Positions 28,392 through 31,356 of a stretch of DNA of 31,356 bases are shown one piece after another. Source of the stretch: a candidate division WOR-3 bacterium (GTDB lineage Bacteria; Hydrothermota; Tepidihabitantia; Tepidihabitantales; Tepidihabitantaceae). The DNA lies in the NCBI GenBank assembly GCA_965648935.1, contig CBFGIY010000022.1, positions 1 through 31,356 of the forward strand. Direction: 5' to 3'. Below the pieces are notes generated by a model. It searched no databases. It was not told the DNA's origin and saw only the letters and a list, made by a program, of their open reading frames with translations. The first letter of the stretch is position 1. Each line of letters opens with the position of its first letter. The translations under genes were made by a program, and so were the position numbers.

Positions 28392-28667
28392 TCATTCGCT
28401 GACTGACCTGGCCTTTCAATTGCCGATTCAACCGGGCATTCAGTGCTCAAGTCAATCGTCGATTGAATTGTCCAGTCAAGCCTCCAGTCATCCGACGATT
28501 GACCGGATAATTGACTGGCAGATTCAATGGATGATTGACCCATCCAGTCAATCGAGGATTCAATGGATGAGTGGATGGAGAATTGAGTGGAGAAGTGGTT
28601 GGACGATTGGTTTGTCAGGTGAGAGGTGGGGTCACTGGGGGGGTGACTCCCCCAGTGCTTCTATGAG
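28392..28667. repeat. Degenerate tandem array of 23 x 12-bp units, consensus T(C/G)A(A/C)T-N5-A(G/T)
   Basis: Every 12th base from 28392 to 28656 starts T[C/G], e.g. tcaattgccgat tcaaccgggcat tcagtgctcaag tcaatcgtcgat tgaattgtccag tcaagcctccag tcatccgacgat tgaccggataat tgactggcagat tcaatggatgat; no indels. Confidence 0.9.
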
Positions 28668-28737
28668 GCCTGGTCATAACTGGTCTGGCTGGATAAAGTC
28701 TTGGAATAGAAAGAGATAAGTCTGATGGGCTGAGTTG

Positions 28738-28788
28738 TTGACTATTCGGCTGTCCAGCACTAGAATTGGCCGAAGATTCCAATGGAGG
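28738..28788 (+). promoter_or_regulatory. sigma70 promoter TTGACT-N17-TAGAAT and SD GGAGG for the capsid-like gene
   Basis: -35 at 28738, -10 at 28761, GGAGG at 28784, ATG at 28795. Confidence 0.75.
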
Positions 28789-28794
28789 TCAAGT

Positions 28795-29166
28795 ATGGAT
28801 GATGCGAAGCGACGGGCTGACCGGTGGAAGGTGAAGTACACGCCGGAGCGCGTGGCAGAGACAATCGGCGCCCTGCACGGCCAGATGACCGCGAACTACG
28901 AGGCGGCGATGGCCGAGGTAGTGGCGATGGAGCTGAAGGTCAAGGAAGTCCTCAACATCTGCGGCGTGCACACGTCGAGCTATGTGCCGTACCTGAACTA
29001 CGGCCGGCAGCTCTACAAGCTGTCGCGCCAGCAGCACATCAGCGGCGAGAGCTTCGCGATGGCGGCCAAGGTGCTCAAAGACAAGTGGGCGGCCCGCGGC
29101 TGTAACCCGGAGTTCCTCGATACCATCCGCCTCAAGGTGTTCAACATCAAGGAACCCGAGGCGTAG
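28795..29166 (+). CDS. 123-aa alpha-helical basic protein resembling the SIRV2-type (Adnaviria) major capsid protein
   Basis: Strong promoter and SD, host-like high GC3 codons. By-eye alignment to the SIRV2 coat protein recalled from memory (R...W..K[YF]; N[YF]-x13-V..VL...G[VI]-x7-Y..[YF]G; SG; LK; NP..LD). Confidence 0.7.
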   Translation: MDDAKRRADRWKVKYTPERVAETIGALHGQMTANYEAAMAEVVAMELKVKEVLNICGVHTSSYVPYLNYGRQLYKLSRQQHISGESFAMAAKVLKDKWAARGCNPEFLDTIRLKVFNIKEPEA

Positions 29167-29288
29167 GGAGCAGGCTGCGGGGCAACAACTCGGCTGCCGC
29201 GCTCGCTGTGACGCGTGCTGCTGGTGCAGCGCTGGTTCTCGTAGCCGAGTGACGTACCACCTGCTCTGATTGTGTCAGCGCAGTTTGG

Positions 29289-30383
29289 CTAAGTGTAAAG
29301 GGTCAACACATCGTTACCAGGGTTGACGGCGATGTGGGTGCTGACGGTATCGAGCAGGACAGGTGGCAGCAGGGCGATTTGGCGCGGGAAGGGTTTCTTT
29401 CTTCGCCACTGCAGGCGCCGGTAAGGCGGCAGTCCGCGCATTCCGGCGCCCTGGTGAGGACGGCTGAAGTTGTAGTAGTACGGCCAGGCTGCTGCCTTGC
29501 GTAGCAGCCCGGCATCATCGGTGATGTCCAGCAGGCAGGGAACGTAGAACTCCTCGTCATCGGCCCGGTGGTTGCGCTCCACCCGGCCGTTGTAGCCTTT
29601 GCGGCCTTTGGGGTAGCGGGCCAGCACCGCGCCCAGCGGTGCGTAGTGCTGATCCTGCAGTTCCTGCAGGCGTGCCGGGTCGCTGCCGCCAAACTCGCCG
29701 CCCCAGTCGGTCTGCCAGGCCACGCGGCCGCGGATGCCGCATGAGCGCAGGTGCAGCATCACCAGCACCAGGAAGGCGATGCCGTTGGTTACGCTCAGCT
29801 CATGGCTGTAGGCCAGAAACCGCAGGCGGGTCCTGGCCTCCAGGCAGGTCCACTGGTAGCGGGGCAGCTTCTGGCGGATGATGTGGGTCCAGCGCCTGCT
29901 GCCCAGTGCCCCGCGGTCCAGGATGTCCTTGGTGTCGACCTGCAGCAGGGAGAACGGCCGTTGCTCATCCCGTGCCCAGTGGGCCGGGTAGAACTGCTTT
30001 CTGGGCCTGGTCCGACCGGTATGCCCCAGCCGGCGCAGGACGTGCCGGACCGTGTCCGGAGACAGGCAGACGCGGTGGCTGGTCCACAACAGCCAGGCCA
30101 GGCGCTTGCGGCCGTAGCCGGTATCGTCACGCAACTCGTTGACCGGCTCCTGTATTGACGTTTTGGTCTGATTCGGGCAGCGGTGCGGGCGGCGGGAGGC
30201 ATCGGCCAGTCCGCCCAGACCCTTCGTCCGGAACCGCCGGACCCGTTTGCGCACAACTGCGCGCGAGGTATGCCAGTCTCGGGCGGTGGCGGCGATGCTG
30301 CCGGTGGCGGTATAGGTCTGCACGAGCCGGTGTCTTGCCTCGACGCGGGTCATGCTGTAGGCTTCCTGGTAAGATAGCTCCAT
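29289..30383 (-). CDS. IS481-family DDE transposase
   Basis: N-terminal HTH and GL.D.SRRP..PNQT; QVDTKD, QTDWGGEF, NGRVERNHR; YYN..RPH. Confidence 0.88.
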   Translation of the reverse strand: MELSYQEAYSMTRVEARHRLVQTYTATGSIAATARDWHTSRAVVRKRVRRFRTKGLGGLADASRRPHRCPNQTKTSIQEPVNELRDDTGYGRKRLAWLLWTSHRVCLSPDTVRHVLRRLGHTGRTRPRKQFYPAHWARDEQRPFSLLQVDTKDILDRGALGSRRWTHIIRQKLPRYQWTCLEARTRLRFLAYSHELSVTNGIAFLVLVMLHLRSCGIRGRVAWQTDWGGEFGGSDPARLQELQDQHYAPLGAVLARYPKGRKGYNGRVERNHRADDEEFYVPCLLDITDDAGLLRKAAAWPYYYNFSRPHQGAGMRGLPPYRRLQWRRKKPFPRQIALLPPVLLDTVSTHIAVNPGNDVLTLYT

Positions 30384-30504
30384 AGCCGGTGCTCCTCTTT
30401 GGCCTTGTGCCAGGTTTGATCAACCGAGGATACACCGGCTTTCTCTATCCAGAAACTCAGCGCACGCTTCGCCTTCACCTGGTAATGATGTCCTGGCGCA
30501 CGCA
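29294..30504 (-). mobile_element. IS481-family insertion sequence with imperfect terminal inverted repeats
   Basis: Left TGTAAAGGGTCAACACATCGTTACCAGG (29294-29321) vs reverse complement of right end TGCGTGCGCCAGGACATCATTACCAGG (30478-30504); inner 14 nt match 13/14. Confidence 0.75.
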
Positions 30505-30509
30505 CTCGG

Positions 30510-30544
30510 TTGACTTGGCGCGGCGGGGCGGCTAGTTTTACCCT
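30510..30544 (+). promoter_or_regulatory. Leaderless promoter TTGACT-N17-TAGTTT-N6-ATG
   Basis: -10 at 30533-30538, ATG at 30545. Confidence 0.6.
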
Positions 30545-30991
30545 ATGGCTATCGTAGGAATCTTGGCAGTGCTCCTTGCCGGGCAGGTCGCGCCCGATTC
30601 GGGTTACCTGAACATCCGGTCGAATATGCCGGGCATAATGGTTTACCTCGACGGTGATTACCTCGGCCGGACGCCGATAAGCAATGTGAAGCTCGCGCCG
30701 GACCAGTACCTCGTGAGCATCGTGTCGAATGACAGCCTCGAGAACGTGTACTGGCGCCTGCGCCAGGCGCCGCTGGGCAAGAAGGTGTCGACGGTCTGGA
30801 CTCTGGCCGCGATCAATGCCGGGTCACAGCCGGTGCGCGTCGAGGCTGGGCGCGTGTCCGAGGTGTTCATCGATTACGGCAAGGTGGCGAGCGCGCGGCG
30901 CGAGGCGAAGCTCCTCACGTGGGGCGTGACCGGCGGGCTGTTCACTTTCGGGGCAGTGGTCGGGCTGCTGATCGGCGCGCTGGCGTTCTAG
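30545..30991 (+). CDS. PEGA domain protein with C-terminal TM helix
   Basis: G.L.I.SN..G..VYLDG.Y.G.TP motif, signal peptide, C-terminal hydrophobic helix. Confidence 0.85.
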   Translation: MAIVGILAVLLAGQVAPDSGYLNIRSNMPGIMVYLDGDYLGRTPISNVKLAPDQYLVSIVSNDSLENVYWRLRQAPLGKKVSTVWTLAAINAGSQPVRVEAGRVSEVFIDYGKVASARREAKLLTWGVTGGLFTFGAVVGLLIGALAF

Positions 30992-31356
30992 ATGCTGCGG
31001 CTCGGGTTGCTGGCGGTTCTCGCCGGGCTGGTTGCGGGCGCCCGGCCGGCCGGGCAGGAGGCGCGCTGGTACAGCAAGCTGGACCGCGCGCAGGTGCGGT
31101 GCGAGCTTTGCCCGCGGCGCTGCGTGATTGCGCAGGACAGGCGCGGGGCGTGCCGGGTGCGCGAGAACCGCGGCGGTACGCTGTACTCCATCGTCTACGG
31201 CAAACCCTGCTCGGTCGGGCGCGAGCCGATCGAGAAGGCGCCGTTCTTTCACTTCCTGCCCGGGCGCGAGCGCATCACGGCGGCCACGGTCGGGTGCAAC
31301 CAGTCGTGCCGCTACTGCCAGAACTGGCAGATTTCGCAGGCGCGGCCTGAGGACGT
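30992..31356 (+). CDS. amrS: AmmeMemoRadiSam system radical SAM enzyme (5' part)
   Basis: Not in the ORF track. Hand translation from ATG 30992: EARWY...VRCELCPRRC.I....GACRVREN.GG.LY...YGKP....EPIEKAPFFHFLPG...GCNQSCRYCQNWQISQ. Confidence 0.92.
   Translation, partial: MLRLGLLAVLAGLVAGARPAGQEARWYSKLDRAQVRCELCPRRCVIAQDRRGACRVRENRGGTLYSIVYGKPCSVGREPIEKAPFFHFLPGRERITAATVGCNQSCRYCQNWQISQARPED

Noticed and set aside
28265..28543. 93-aa N-terminal extension of YggS in the ORF track
   Set aside because: It is read-through of the promoter and the 12-bp array. YggS homology begins at VSIAEKL, and a leaderless promoter sits right before GTG 28264.
28392..28667. CRISPR array or plasmid iterons
   Set aside because: No identical 23-47-bp repeats with unique spacers, no cas or rep gene, and the period is only 12 bp.
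28384..28719. 111-aa ORF with IQW/IDW/SGW tetrapeptide periodicity
   Set aside because: TTG start without SD, non-host codon usage, and a conservation pattern that is nucleotide-level and palindromic. Probably a by-product of the array, though not fully excluded.
28343..30504. Intact provirus
   Set aside because: No integrase, replication, terminal or other virion genes and no att repeats. The flanks are housekeeping genes and an IS.

Overview
GC-rich (roughly 65-70%) bacterial chromosomal window. The many secreted proteins ending in a FlgD-Ig / T9SS-type C-terminal domain, plus YVTN and Kelch propellers and a gingipain-like gene, suggest candidate phylum WOR-3 or an FCB-related lineage (inference). 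It holds about 23 CDS. These include a HAD hydrolase, a DAGK-family lipid kinase, a KP-43-like S8 protease, a ZnuA-type binding protein, SIMPL, a CapA-PKD fusion, a phospholipase D, a zincin, YggS, PEGA, a partial AmrS and an IS481-family transposase. There is also a twice-broken gingipain-Kelch-TolB pseudogene. The standout is at 28.34-29.27 kb. A stand-alone 123-aa gene resembles, by eye, the SIRV2-type (Adnaviria) filamentous archaeal-virus major capsid protein. Directly upstream lies a 23-unit, strictly 12-bp-phased degenerate palindromic array, and 12 bp is the DNA footprint of one SIRV2-type capsid dimer. Also notable: pervasive leaderless promoter-start architecture, a probably catalytically dead 2H phosphoesterase, and a structured intergenic region with repeated TAA-N19-TTA sites at 11.1-11.7 kb.
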